Positions 1-9,873 of a DNA stretch of 64,000 nucleotides are shown piece by piece (positions within the stretch are counted from its first letter, which is position 1; every line of letters starts with the position of its first letter). The notes beneath the pieces were generated by a model. The model made no database searches. It had not been told where the DNA came from and worked only from the letters and a program-made list of their open reading frames with translations. Location: IMG/VR virus record IMGVR_UViG_3300040811_001959; one strand, written 5' to 3'. The position numbers and the translations under genes are program-made. Origin of the DNA: a virus. Lineage: Duplodnaviria; Caudoviricetes.

Positions 1-771
1 TCTAATACAGGCACTGCGACTTAATACACCATGTGTAATGTAGGCCTTTACATCAATTGCACCTGCATCCATAATGGCTTTTGCAGCATTGCATAATGTA
101 CCTCCACTGTCTACGATATCATCTACTAGGATAGCATGCCGGCCTTCCACATCACCAATTAAATGCATTACTTCACTCTTACCAGCCGCAGGTCTACGCT
201 TGTCAACAATAGCAATGTTACCATGGAAAGCGTCTGCAAATTTACGAGCACGGACAGCACCGCCTGCGTCTGGACTTACAAACACATACTCACTACTGTC
301 TTTTTGATGTTCCTTGATATCTCTTGCAAAGATAATCCTACTGGTAAGATCGTCAACAGGAATATCAAAAAACCCTTGTATCTGTCCTGCATGTAAATCC
401 ATAGTCAGTACACGATCAGCACCTGCTGTAGTAAGTAGGTCAGCAACTAGCTTTGCTGTAATGGGTGTGCGGCTGGCACTCTTGCGGTCTTGTCTAGCAT
501 ATCCGAAATATGGAATGACTGCTGTAATGCGTTGTGCAGAACTACGTTTAGCCGCATCAATCATAACCATGAGTTCCATTAGGTTATCGTTGACCGGAGT
601 ACTTGTTGATTGGATTATAAAAACATCTTCTCCTCGGATATTTTCTAAGAATTCTACAGAAGTTTCTCCGTCTGAAAACCTGTCAATCTTAGCCGGTACA
701 AGTGTACTAAAACTATGCTCTGCAATTGCGTTTGCAAGAGGCTGATTTGAATTTCCTGCGATTAGTTTCAT
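1..771 (-). CDS. prs: Ribose-phosphate pyrophosphokinase (PRPP synthetase), 3' end runs off the window
   Basis: Manual translation from ATG at 771 (not in the ORF track): [13 protein letters not shown]...FSDGE...[10 protein letters not shown]...[16 protein letters not shown]...VSPDAGG...VDKRR...[12 protein letters not shown], which are the class I Prs motifs. Confidence 0.95.
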   Translation of the reverse strand, partial: MKLIAGNSNQPLANAIAEHSFSTLVPAKIDRFSDGETSVEFLENIRGEDVFIIQSTSTPVNDNLMELMVMIDAAKRSSAQRITAVIPYFGYARQDRKSASRTPITAKLVADLLTTAGADRVLTMDLHAGQIQGFFDIPVDDLTSRIIFARDIKEHQKDSSEYVFVSPDAGGAVRARKFADAFHGNIAIVDKRRPAAGKSEVMHLIGDVEGRHAILVDDIVDSGGTLCNAAKAIMDAGAIDVKAYITHGVLSRSACIR

Positions 772-823
772 TATTCTTTAGATTAAGGTTAAATTATTAT
801 AATACTGTAAAAAGTTATTTACG

Positions 824-1198
824 TCAACCTAATAATATATCAAGGATGTTTTGATTAGATATATCTGCGATCTTGGCACCGCAAGCTTCGGCTTCTTTTG
901 CAAGCAATTTATGTGCATTGTTGTTACAGATACTTACAAAAAAATCACAGGCCTTAAACCATCCTGCAAGTTCTTGATCAGTTTGATAACTTACAAAGAT
1001 TGTATCAGGTAGGTCGTTAAGTGCGGAATGGGCAAGCACAACACAAGTCGCTCTCGCAGGTAGTTCAAGTTCGCAAAATTCAGCAAGCTGTTCTTCTGCA
1101 CACCCTAGACTAACTGTAATTACTATTGGTCTACCGCAGTACAGTTTCGCAGGATTTTCTCTGTTCCATATCGTACGGTCAATTTCATTATCTTCCAT
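824..1198 (-). CDS. Hypothetical protein, weakly like a GT-B glycosyltransferase C-terminal half
   Basis: Likely start MEDNEID at 1198. CDFFVS...EAEACGAKI resembles the GT4 'E-A-x-A-C-G' motif. The track's longer ORF overlaps plus-strand genes. Confidence 0.45.
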   Translation of the reverse strand: MEDNEIDRTIWNRENPAKLYCGRPIVITVSLGCAEEQLAEFCELELPARATCVVLAHSALNDLPDTIFVSYQTDQELAGWFKACDFFVSICNNNAHKLLAKEAEACGAKIADISNQNILDILLG

Positions 1199-1307
1199 AA
1201 CAAAATATTTATGTTGATTTTTAATTATAGATATTTTATAATGATAAATAGTTTTGTGCATTTGCACAGTTACACACAAACATTTACACACATAGAAGGA
1301 GACACAA

Positions 1308-1481
1308 ATGAACATTGTAACATCAATTTTTGATTGGTTGAATGGCAGCGCCAGTGAGCGAGATCGCGAACTCAAATCTTTCGTAAAATCAGAATATAAA
1401 CATGATTGGGAATATGCTTTTAATACCCTAAAAGAAAGCCGACAGCTACCTCTTCTAGAGGATAGATGGAATGTTAGATAA
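1308..1481 (+). CDS. Small hypothetical protein (57 aa)
   Basis: AGGAGA RBS then MNIVTSIFDWLNG...; found manually. Confidence 0.6.
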   Translation: MNIVTSIFDWLNGSASERDRELKSFVKSEYKHDWEYAFNTLKESRQLPLLEDRWNVR

Positions 1482-1575
1482 GCTACGAGCATTAGGAAAA
1501 CGTTTGCTTGCAGCTATTGAAAAAAGCCAAATGCGTAGGGCTCGTCGTGAGATGGAGCAAGGCGGATGGAGCTAG
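1471..1575 (+). CDS. Small basic peptide (34 aa)
   Basis: MLDKLRALGKRLLAAIEKSQMRRARREMEQGGWS; GAGG RBS-like sequence upstream, overlaps both neighbours. Confidence 0.45.
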   Translation: MLDKLRALGKRLLAAIEKSQMRRARREMEQGGWS

Positions 1576-1784
1576 ATCAATTTGCTTTTAAAGAAATTGG
1601 TCATAACATACTTGGCCCCAATCGAAACAGTTGGGGCTATGTATATACAATTGCAATATTTGCAAGAGATGATATCATTATTAAAACTATTACACCGAGT
1701 AAAACAAAAATAATTAAAAGATTTAGTTGTTGGAATGACGCTGCAGATTATGTAGAACTGATAAATGCAGATAGACGTTATTAA
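1566..1784 (+). CDS. Hypothetical protein
   Basis: 72-aa ORF, overlapping-operon arrangement. Confidence 0.5.
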   Translation: MELDQFAFKEIGHNILGPNRNSWGYVYTIAIFARDDIIIKTITPSKTKIIKRFSCWNDAADYVELINADRRY

Positions 1785-2266
1785 TTTGCATCCACCCACT
1801 GGGCACTTTGGCCATCATCATAATATATTTTAAGCTTACCATCGGCAGAATTCCACCATAAATCTCCTTGACTAGGATTACTAGGGGAATTGTCTGACAC
1901 AATTGCCTGTGCTGAAGCGGTTTGTTGTTGTGGTAAATCAGTTGGTACAAATGCATTAGCAGTTTGATCCCAACTTAGTATTTTTCCTTGTCCATTATCT
2001 GCATCTAATGTAACCGAATTAGAATCAACATCAGTGATATCAAATATCGTTGATATTGAACTGCCTGTAGATAATCCTGCTACAGTATCATTAAGTAATT
2101 TTTCAGTTACAAGAAGGAAGCCTCCTTTAGATTCTTTGTTGAAAAGACGTAGACTATTATTATCGTTATCAAAATATACTTCCCCCCGAGAACCTACATA
2201 TTCTTCAAGGAAATCTGAACCTCGTGGAATAATCCTAATCCTATTTACAATCGGCGATGATGACAT
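1781..2266 (-). CDS. Putative virion structural protein (tail-fibre-like short motifs)
   Basis: GEVYFD...L, ILSWD, PSNPSQGDLWWNSADGKLKIYYDDG..QWVD motifs typical of phage fibre proteins; TAAATA late promoter at 2286-2291. Confidence 0.65.
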   Translation of the reverse strand: MSSSPIVNRIRIIPRGSDFLEEYVGSRGEVYFDNDNNSLRLFNKESKGGFLLVTEKLLNDTVAGLSTGSSISTIFDITDVDSNSVTLDADNGQGKILSWDQTANAFVPTDLPQQQTASAQAIVSDNSPSNPSQGDLWWNSADGKLKIYYDDGQSAQWVDAN

Positions 2267-2374
2267 AAAAAAATCCTCTTTAGAATATTTATCGTGTAAT
2301 GTTGGTAAATATATTTGACATTTGAAAGCAAATGTTATATATTAATTTTTTTTACACACACAGAGGAGTACAAC

Positions 2375-2674
2375 ATGACCAAAAATAATTATACCAACCA
2401 AACCTTTGACCAAATGAATGATATGATGAAAAACTTCATGCCCGTGGTAAAGCCTAATAAGAATGGATATGAAATCCGGACTAAAGTGCTAGAAATGGCA
2501 CAAAACCAAATGTGGCAAGACTACCATGCAAAATGGGGAGCTTGGGAAACTAAGATCTCTAAGGACGGAGACGAAATTGTTACAGAAGTAAAGATGCCCG
2601 AAGTACCTGGTGTAGAGTCAGTTTTATCAGCAGCAGAAAGAATGTATGCATTCGTCACTGGTAATAATAAATAA
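2375..2674 (+). CDS. Hypothetical phage protein
   Basis: GAGGAG RBS before ATG 2375; 99 aa. Confidence 0.75.
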   Translation: MTKNNYTNQTFDQMNDMMKNFMPVVKPNKNGYEIRTKVLEMAQNQMWQDYHAKWGAWETKISKDGDEIVTEVKMPEVPGVESVLSAAERMYAFVTGNNK

Positions 2675-2742
2675 GTTGTAACCAGAAGCCCTAAATAGGA
2701 AACGAGAGCATAGCTCGGGAAATATAAATTTAGCCAAAAAAG

Positions 2743-2803
2743 CCCCTAGCAATTGAATCTAACAGCTCGCTTGAGCGAGGCACTGTTTAACGGTTGTTAG
2801 GGG
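2743..2803. terminator. Complex stem-loop, probable bidirectional terminator or structured RNA
   Basis: CCCCTAGCAA/TTGTTAGGGG outer stem with inner AACAG/CTGTT and CTCGC-TTGA-GCGAG. A-run on the left, T-run on the right, between convergent genes. Confidence 0.6.
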
Positions 2804-2812
2804 TTAACCTTT

Positions 2813-2968
2813 TTAAATCTTCAAATATATATCTAATAGAATTGCAAAAAATATTTGTACAAAGAAAAGTATAAAAAGTGTACTGAGAAATTTTCTTGTA
2901 GCACATCCTTTACACACGTCTTTAATCAATCTAATATCGTCTTTTAATTTATCGTACAAAGGCGGCAT
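2813..2968 (-). CDS. Small membrane protein (51 aa)
   Basis: ATG overlaps the upstream TAA; one hydrophobic C-terminal helix. Confidence 0.4.
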   Translation of the reverse strand: MPPLYDKLKDDIRLIKDVCKGCATRKFLSTLFILFFVQIFFAILLDIYLKI

Positions 2969-3432
2969 TAGCTTATTATCACACCATGTGATGATAAAAT
3001 AATCCAAGTTTGATTTGTATATAACAAACTTACCGTATCTCCTACCGCATTAAAAGCGATATTAGTTGCTCCAGCAAAAGTTGCTGTTAAATTAACTGTA
3101 TTGTTCTGATAGTTCGTCATAGTGATTACTTTGTATTGACCGTTACTTCCATTTGCCAATGTTACTGTCAATTCACCTGAAGTAGATCCAGTTAGATGTG
3201 TAACGGTTTGAGTAATTGAGCAATCGGCTTTACTATCGCCTGCAGAATCAACTCCGTCGTTAAATGCGATAAAAGATTTAATATTTTTAAAAATATCTTG
3301 CACTGCAATATTAGTAGTCATCCTATTAATATTTCCTTCGCCGTCGTCATCTCGGGCCACGAGCACTAATAAATCATCAGCAGTAAGATTTGGACCTCTG
3401 TAGGGTAGTTCTGAAATTTTTTTATCTGCCAT
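2968..3432 (-). CDS. Putative virion structural protein
   Basis: MADKKISEL..., LANGSNGQYKVI...GDTVSLLYTNQTW, a beta-rich phage structural style. Confidence 0.6.
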   Translation of the reverse strand: MADKKISELPYRGPNLTADDLLVLVARDDDGEGNINRMTTNIAVQDIFKNIKSFIAFNDGVDSAGDSKADCSITQTVTHLTGSTSGELTVTLANGSNGQYKVITMTNYQNNTVNLTATFAGATNIAFNAVGDTVSLLYTNQTWIILSSHGVIIS

Positions 3433-3439
3433 ATTTTAC

Positions 3440-3595
3440 CTATAATGTTTCAATAAAATTTTCATCGTGCTGATGGGGTAAGCCTTTTGCACAAAAATCG
3501 CAATGATTAGAAACTGTATTATTTCTCTTAATATTACGAGCTTTTTTTATTTTCTTTTCTCTAAGTTTTTGTTTTTGCATTTTTTTCTTTGTCAT
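3440..3595 (-). CDS. Small basic protein with CxxC/HxH motif (51 aa)
   Basis: MTKKKMQKQKLREKK...HCDFCAKGLPHQH; AAGGA RBS and TAAATA at 3611-3616. Confidence 0.5.
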   Translation of the reverse strand: MTKKKMQKQKLREKKIKKARNIKRNNTVSNHCDFCAKGLPHQHDENFIETL

Positions 3596-3613
3596 TCTTT
3601 TCCTTTATTGTAT

Positions 3614-4339
3614 TTATTTAGGAGTATAGATAACGCCATTAATCATGTACTTAGAATCATACCAATCAAAGTCAGTGCTTGCATGAAGTAATGAACACGG
3701 AAATAAATGAATAGCTCCTATTTCCCATTCGCCTAATGTATCTACTTCAAGGCCATACAACTGCTCAGGTGAAATATGAGATATATGTGGATATTTAGGT
3801 AAAAAATTGCTTATCGGTTTTTTTAAATTATTTTTTAAGGATACTAAATGGGTAATACTTACAGATTTTAATTTTCCTGCAGGTCCTTCAGGAATCTCTA
3901 CTTTAAAATCAAATTTTGATTCTCTGCGATAAAATCGATTGTCTGGCATTAATTTATCAAAATAACATGTAGGTGATGCATTAGTCAAAGGTATTAGAAA
4001 TCTACATATTGGATTATGAATTTTTCTAAAACCACCATCACTGTCGCTATGGACACTATGAGTTGCTGCACCTAAATGTTGTAAGCTTGCATATAAGACA
4101 AGGTTAAAATTAGGAATATCAAATTTTTTTAATAATTTTTGGAAAATATTTTTAAAATTGAAATTGAAACTAAGTTGGTCAAATTCTATTTTATTTACTA
4201 ATTTATTATTATTGTCTGCCAAAGGAGGATAATGATTTTCTGTAAATAAATTTTTTGTTACTTTGGCAGGACAATAGGTAGCACAAAAATTTTCTAAATC
4301 TATTTTCTGAAAATCAGTAATGATTACACGGTTTAACAT
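3614..4339 (-). CDS. Putative 2OG-Fe(II)/cupin-fold oxygenase
   Basis: VHSD...FLIPL...GAIHLFPCSLLHAS gives an HxD...H pattern. Confidence 0.55.
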   Translation of the reverse strand: MLNRVIITDFQKIDLENFCATYCPAKVTKNLFTENHYPPLADNNNKLVNKIEFDQLSFNFNFKNIFQKLLKKFDIPNFNLVLYASLQHLGAATHSVHSDSDGGFRKIHNPICRFLIPLTNASPTCYFDKLMPDNRFYRRESKFDFKVEIPEGPAGKLKSVSITHLVSLKNNLKKPISNFLPKYPHISHISPEQLYGLEVDTLGEWEIGAIHLFPCSLLHASTDFDWYDSKYMINGVIYTPK

Positions 4340-5471
4340 AATCTATACCATATAAACTACCTACCAAACTTATGAAGTCTTGTTTTCGGTGTTGTTTAAT
4401 TAAATTGTAATAATCAAAAATTTTTTGTTTCATTTCAAGACTATTTTCATCTGCAAGAGCATTTTTTACAATAGGAAACCAACGTGCCTCAATTATATTT
4501 TTAATATCATTTAATATTAAAAATTTTAGGTGTTCTTGCAAAATTCCAGGGTTACTATAGCCTTTACTTGTAGAACTTTCATGTGTTGCTACATTGATAC
4601 AATAAGGATAATTATATTTTTTACAATATATTAAAAAATGTTTTAAACCTATTGCACTAAAACTGCTCAAGGTAAAATTTAGTGTAAATTTAAATTTATT
4701 TCTTTGTAAAGCAGCAAAATCATTTATTTTTTTTATATTTCTATCAACAATACACCATTTTGCTGGAAACCTTACAAATTCAAATACCTCATCTATTCCA
4801 TCAACACTAATAACAAAATTTACAGATTTAAATTTAATCATATTATTTAAATGATAATCTTTTATAAAAGTTCCATTTGAAACTAATTGTAAATTAACAT
4901 TTTTTAGGCAATCTGCATCAAAATTATCAAGATAACTCCAAAACTTTTTTGCTAGCATTGGCTCACCACCATACAATTCTAAAGTTTTATTTGATGTAGG
5001 ATTAGTTTTGATAAATTTTGTTAAAATGGCTTCTATTTCTTCTTTTTTAAAATAATTGGTTTTGCTTTTTTGTAAATTACGCATCAACGAAAATGACTGA
5101 ACATCTTCATTCCATTTTGTTGAATAATCTGGGCTGCACATGATACATTTTAAATTACAGATATTGCTTAATTTTATTTGTAGATGAGTTGGAAATTCAG
5201 TTGCTTCTTTATAAAATTTATTAGTAGTTATCTCATTTAGCCTTTTTGATTGTCCTATTTTTTTGTCTCTATTATAACACAACGTACAATCTTCTATTGG
5301 TATATTATCCAAGTTTTTTTTCCTAATAGCATCTAATGTATCAGCTTTCCAAAAATCTAAAAAATTATGATTAGGATAATTATACTGTTTGCTACTAACA
5401 CAGCATAATTTAAAATTATTTGGATTTAATTCAACTGAATAAAATGGAACAGGACAATAAGTTTTATTCAT
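4314..5471 (-). CDS. Radical SAM protein with N-terminal Twitch/SPASM-like Cys motif
   Basis: CNLKCIMC (CX3CX2C), YGGEP, SNGT; N-terminal YCPVPF...LCC...CTLCY. Confidence 0.9.
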   Translation of the reverse strand: MNKTYCPVPFYSVELNPNNFKLCCVSSKQYNYPNHNFLDFWKADTLDAIRKKNLDNIPIEDCTLCYNRDKKIGQSKRLNEITTNKFYKEATEFPTHLQIKLSNICNLKCIMCSPDYSTKWNEDVQSFSLMRNLQKSKTNYFKKEEIEAILTKFIKTNPTSNKTLELYGGEPMLAKKFWSYLDNFDADCLKNVNLQLVSNGTFIKDYHLNNMIKFKSVNFVISVDGIDEVFEFVRFPAKWCIVDRNIKKINDFAALQRNKFKFTLNFTLSSFSAIGLKHFLIYCKKYNYPYCINVATHESSTSKGYSNPGILQEHLKFLILNDIKNIIEARWFPIVKNALADENSLEMKQKIFDYYNLIKQHRKQDFISLVGSLYGIDYVKPCNHY

Positions 5472-6255
5472 CTAACTTACCACAAATTAAAAATCTAAAT
5501 ACATATTTTGAAGTAATCTTTGAATATCCTTGGGTACAATGTGCCTGATAAGGATTAAAAGTAACTAAATCTCCTAACTGCATTTGATAAATGTTTTCAA
5601 TATGTAATCCTGTCTCCATACCAGGAATGGCCAAAATATGATTCCAGCTATCGTCATCTCCTATCCAAGGATCGGTATTTTTTGGTAATGCATTAAAAAA
5701 TTTATCAAAAAAATCAAAATTATCATAATTGGTTTTTCCATAGAAATCTTCTTGAAATTCTACTCCGCCATAACTATATTCGTAATGTTCTTTGAAAGTT
5801 ATTAAAGTTGAAGAGATTGTGTCTGTTGATAATTCTTCTGTATCAAATGCTAATGGTATTACGCCTATTTTTAAAACACAAAATTCTCTTTCATCATTTG
5901 GATAAAAAGGAAAATGACCATCAATGTGAGGTCTTGTAGGTTCTGGAATAAAACAAACATTACAATTATCAATATGTATTGTTAATGGAAATTTATAATA
6001 ATCTAGTAATTTTTTCTTTAAATTTTCTATTAACTTTTGATTATTGTACAATCTTAATGTAGGAAATCTTCCTTTGATATCATTTTCACAATTTTTTGGC
6101 ATTGTTTGCCATATTTCGAGTAATTCTTTTGAAGAAAGAAAAGATTTTTGAAAAATATTAATTTTATTAGAATATTCTAGTAGGTATTTCTTATGTAAGT
6201 TAATATCATTTTTGCTGATATTGTGTTTTTGGGACCATTGATTGATTTTTTCCAT
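5464..6255 (-). CDS. Putative 2OG-Fe(II)-fold oxygenase
   Basis: RPHIDG...VIPL...GDLVTFNPYQAHCT; paralogous layout to 3614..4339. Confidence 0.55.
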   Translation of the reverse strand: MEKINQWSQKHNISKNDINLHKKYLLEYSNKINIFQKSFLSSKELLEIWQTMPKNCENDIKGRFPTLRLYNNQKLIENLKKKLLDYYKFPLTIHIDNCNVCFIPEPTRPHIDGHFPFYPNDEREFCVLKIGVIPLAFDTEELSTDTISSTLITFKEHYEYSYGGVEFQEDFYGKTNYDNFDFFDKFFNALPKNTDPWIGDDDSWNHILAIPGMETGLHIENIYQMQLGDLVTFNPYQAHCTQGYSKITSKYVFRFLICGKLDE

Positions 6256-7117
6256 TTAAAATACCTTTAAGAATTTTAATTACTTTGATTGGATCAATCT
6301 CTACAAATTCTACTGTATCAGATTGAAAATTATGATGCAACAAATGCCCTATTTGGGTAGGATTTGTTATTGTACTCCATAAAACTACACCAGGCGTAGG
6401 CGATATTTTGTTGCAAGCCATATGCTGTATACAACTATCTATAGATATAAATGAGCTGCAATTATTTACTAACTCTTGAATTGTTAATAAAGGTTCATCT
6501 TCAACCGTGCAAATTCTATCCAACGTGTCAATTCTTGGATCATACTTATCGTTTTTTACCTTTACACACATAAAAAAATAATCTGGAAAAGCATCATGGA
6601 TAGCTTTAATAAAATCATATTCTTTTCTATAATTTCTAAATACCATTATATCATGTCTATCCTCTCCGTTATTAGTATTTCCGCCTTTTAATTGAAATAT
6701 GATATACTTTTTTCCTATTTTTTTTGTAACCTGTTCATAAAATGTACGGGCTGTTTCATCTGTGTAAATTTCTACAAAATCTTGATAGTTTTCAATATCT
6801 AAATTCAAACCTTTTCTCCAACTAGTCAATATATGCTCATCTTCAAATAAGTAATCAGATCTGTAAGGTTCAAAATAAGTTATACTGGTAAAATAATTCT
6901 TCATTACCGTAACATTTGGCAAGGCCATACTTAGAGAAGATGCAACAAGTGGATGATTTATAAATAAATTAGGGTATGGTGAACTAATAGAAATTTTTGA
7001 TTCATGACGATTATAGAGATCTTTTATTAAATTGCTAAACAAAACACACTTGCCTACACCATTCTGTATCATGTACAAAGGTGTTTTATTTTCAGGAAAT
7101 ATTTGTGGAATAATCAT
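6206..7117 (-). CDS. Glycosyltransferase, GT9 (heptosyltransferase)-like
   Basis: NGVGKCVLFS...PYPNLFINHP...FISIDSCIQHMA...VVLW...GHLLH, a GT9-like pattern. Confidence 0.75.
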   Translation of the reverse strand: MIIPQIFPENKTPLYMIQNGVGKCVLFSNLIKDLYNRHESKISISSPYPNLFINHPLVASSLSMALPNVTVMKNYFTSITYFEPYRSDYLFEDEHILTSWRKGLNLDIENYQDFVEIYTDETARTFYEQVTKKIGKKYIIFQLKGGNTNNGEDRHDIMVFRNYRKEYDFIKAIHDAFPDYFFMCVKVKNDKYDPRIDTLDRICTVEDEPLLTIQELVNNCSSFISIDSCIQHMACNKISPTPGVVLWSTITNPTQIGHLLHHNFQSDTVEFVEIDPIKVIKILKGILNGKNQSMVPKTQYQQK

Positions 7118-7119
7118 AA

Positions 7120-7761
7120 CTATCTAAATTTTGGACCTCCGTACCAGCAAATAAAAGCTCTGCGTGTACCAGCTGTTATTTTATTCACTTTATGGATTGC
7201 AAATGTTGGAAATAAAAGCACACTACCTTGAAGCTTTACATTGTTCGGTTGTGCAATATTTAAATGTTCTTCTACAATGGTCTCACCTCCATCATAATCT
7301 TCTTCGTTTGATAACTGAATTATAAAAGTTAATTTTCTATCATGATGATGATTATCCCAATGATTTGTATCATCGTGTGTATCAAACCAATCATCAATAT
7401 CATATTGCATCAATTGTTTAGATAAGCAGCCATAACTTATATCTAGATGAAAACAATCTCTGTTAGCCATTAAAGCAATTTTATCTAATTTTGCATCTAA
7501 CCAATCAATCTCATTTTCCAAGAACATGTGTTTCCTAGACCTTTTTTCTCTAAAATATTTATACCACGGACTTTCTTCGTTATTTACTATTTCTATGAAA
7601 ACATCTTCATTTTTCCAATATGACCAAATTTTATCACATTCTTCTTTTGTAAAAATATTTTCTTTAAAATAGTAAGGTTGTCTACTACCGTTTGAATCAG
7701 AAAAAACTCTTTGCTTTGTTTCTTTTGAAGCTTTTGCTATGTCATTAGGTTCATATATCAT
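7120..7761 (-). CDS. 2OG-Fe(II) oxygenase (P4H/PKHD-like), intact active site
   Basis: THDD...RKLTFIIQLS...YDGGE...FPTFAIHKV..IT.GTR. Confidence 0.9.
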   Translation of the reverse strand: MIYEPNDIAKASKETKQRVFSDSNGSRQPYYFKENIFTKEECDKIWSYWKNEDVFIEIVNNEESPWYKYFREKRSRKHMFLENEIDWLDAKLDKIALMANRDCFHLDISYGCLSKQLMQYDIDDWFDTHDDTNHWDNHHHDRKLTFIIQLSNEEDYDGGETIVEEHLNIAQPNNVKLQGSVLLFPTFAIHKVNKITAGTRRAFICWYGGPKFR

Positions 7762-8384
7762 CTAAATTTTGGTCCAATAATATGAGAGATTAATATATAC
7801 TTCGTTCCTTTTGTAATAGGAGCAATCTTGTAAAAATAATAAGCAGGTAATATACATAAAGATCCCTGTGAAAGAAATTTTTGCGGAATAGGAACTGTGC
7901 TATGAAATTCAACAATTTCACCTCCTACAATATCTTCGTCATTTAAAAATAATAAAAGACTCAACTTATTATCGTAAGGTTTTTCATTGTTCCACCACTC
8001 GCAATCATGGTGCCAATTTATAAACTGGTCTTTTTCAAATTTACACAGATATAGGTTTTCTACATTCATAAGATCTAGCATAAAATTTTTATTGGCATCT
8101 GCGCCAACTTCGTTGAAAATTTTTTCTAAAAATTTATAATCTTCTGGGAAAAAATTTTTCTTTAGTGAGATAGAAAAGAAATTACCAAAATCGTTATTGA
8201 TATGATTATATCCGCCTTTTTCAAATTTGGTTATTATCTCTTTACAAGCGTTTTCACTAAAAAGTTTTTCATAAATTACAAATGGAGATTTTTTGTAATT
8301 TATAGGAGAATAATCAGTTACCTTGCCAAATATAGGAGGGTAAGGCGATCCTGGTTCTCTTGCATCTTGAATATTTACACCCAT
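7758..8384 (-). CDS. 2OG-Fe(II) oxygenase-like protein, distal His absent
   Basis: WHHD...KLSLLLFLND...GGE...LPAYYFYKIAPITKGTK, with Tyr where the distal His is expected. Confidence 0.8.
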   Translation of the reverse strand: MGVNIQDAREPGSPYPPIFGKVTDYSPINYKKSPFVIYEKLFSENACKEIITKFEKGGYNHINNDFGNFFSISLKKNFFPEDYKFLEKIFNEVGADANKNFMLDLMNVENLYLCKFEKDQFINWHHDCEWWNNEKPYDNKLSLLLFLNDEDIVGGEIVEFHSTVPIPQKFLSQGSLCILPAYYFYKIAPITKGTKYILISHIIGPKFR

Positions 8385-9718
8385 GACGGTCTCCGTATAT
8401 CTCCTTGAATATCAACAACTTTTTTTCCTGTTAATAGTTTTATAGCTCCAAACATAATTCCTAAATTATAGGCATACTCATTCCAGCAAGTTTGAGCAAA
8501 CTCTTTTCCAGTAAGAAACATACAGGACCCTTTGCATAATTGTAAAACAGGACAATGTGTACATTCGTTTCTCCAGGACCAATGCCTGCTAGATTTAATT
8601 CTAACGGCATCAAAATTGTCAAGATGACCAGCAAGGTGTTTGTTTTCCAAACCTACATTTTGGCATGTGAGTACATTACCTTTTAAATCTAGAGCTAGTT
8701 CATCGTCTTGATCCATTCCACATTTTTGCCCAAGAAACTCTGCATCTTTTTTATATAATAAAGAACCATACCATTCGTTAATTTTTTCTACAATACCTAC
8801 AACTTGTAATAATGGTTGCTTACCTTCTACTATCCCGTTGTATATTTTTTCTCTAAAATCATAAACATACTTTTGATCAAATTTTCCAGTTTTATCATTT
8901 AGTGCAGTTTTTAAATCGTAGGCTTCGACAACTCCTTCACAATTAATATTAACATCGGTTCCAAATTTATCTCTAAACCATTTTACAGTTTGATCGTAAT
9001 CATCATTTTCTTTTGTCCAAACAATTGAAAAAGCAAACCCAAGTTCTTGTTTTTTATCAGCTTCTATTAATTGTTTTACAAATTCAAACTTTTTAGGATT
9101 ATCTAATGGATCAGGCCCTCTAAGATGATATCCGGGTCCGTCATGTGACATTGCTAAATTAAATCTATATTTTTTAAAAAAATCAATTTTTTCTTGTGTT
9201 AACAAACTTCCATTTGTAACCATCGTAAATTCAATATCTTCATCACATTTTTCTTTTAAAAAAGGTACTAATTTTTTTATTTTTTTCCAATAAAGTAGCG
9301 GCTCGCCGCCCCAAAGTTCCACCATTGTACAAGATGATAAATCAATACTATTTTCTAAATTATGCATAAAAACATCTGTATCATTTTCATCTGTACGAGA
9401 TGCAGCAGGAACAAAAGATGCTTGACTACAATATTCACATTTATAATTACATTTTAATCCCAACTGAATTTTAATTCTACTTGGGTTTTTTAATTTTTTT
9501 CCAGGATTAAAAAAAGGATGAATAGGATTTACATTAGTTTGATGAGGATAATCTTTAGGACTATATACATACATTTCATTGATTTTTTCAATACCGATTG
9601 GATTTTTTTCATATAAATTTTGACCGTCGGCATTAGTAAGTAAACTTTTATATGGATAATAAAAAAATTCTTCCCCGTCGTCGCAAATTAGTGTATAAAC
9701 AAGATTTTTATTTTTCAT
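8375..9718 (-). CDS. Radical SAM/SPASM domain protein
   Basis: CNYKCEYC, WGGEP, VTNG, SHDG; SPASM CG...GNVLTC...CTHCPVLQLCKGSC...C. Confidence 0.93.
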   Translation of the reverse strand: MKNKNLVYTLICDDGEEFFYYPYKSLLTNADGQNLYEKNPIGIEKINEMYVYSPKDYPHQTNVNPIHPFFNPGKKLKNPSRIKIQLGLKCNYKCEYCSQASFVPAASRTDENDTDVFMHNLENSIDLSSCTMVELWGGEPLLYWKKIKKLVPFLKEKCDEDIEFTMVTNGSLLTQEKIDFFKKYRFNLAMSHDGPGYHLRGPDPLDNPKKFEFVKQLIEADKKQELGFAFSIVWTKENDDYDQTVKWFRDKFGTDVNINCEGVVEAYDLKTALNDKTGKFDQKYVYDFREKIYNGIVEGKQPLLQVVGIVEKINEWYGSLLYKKDAEFLGQKCGMDQDDELALDLKGNVLTCQNVGLENKHLAGHLDNFDAVRIKSSRHWSWRNECTHCPVLQLCKGSCMFLTGKEFAQTCWNEYAYNLGIMFGAIKLLTGKKVVDIQGDIRRPSWV

Positions 9719-9873
9719 TCTATAATCCTATAAACGTAAGAAATTCGAGAATCAACTGAATATGCATGAGTGCATATAATTTTCTTTGTACTAGTTAATG
9801 TTGACTCGTACTCTCTATTGTTTTTTTGCGTAAAATTAATTTTACATTTTTTATATTTTAGAAGCAAGCTCAT
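9715..9873 (-). CDS. Possible small hypothetical protein
   Basis: Fills the gap in the operon; the track's start (9951) overlaps the upstream gene by about 100 nt, so the later ATG was chosen. Confidence 0.3.
   Translation of the reverse strand: MSLLLKYKKCKINFTQKNNREYESTLTSTKKIICTHAYSVDSRISYVYRIIE

Noticed and set aside
74-745. Three + strand ORFs (74..307, 163..396, 314..745)
   Set aside because: Antisense shadows of prs, which the track missed because its stop lies outside the window.
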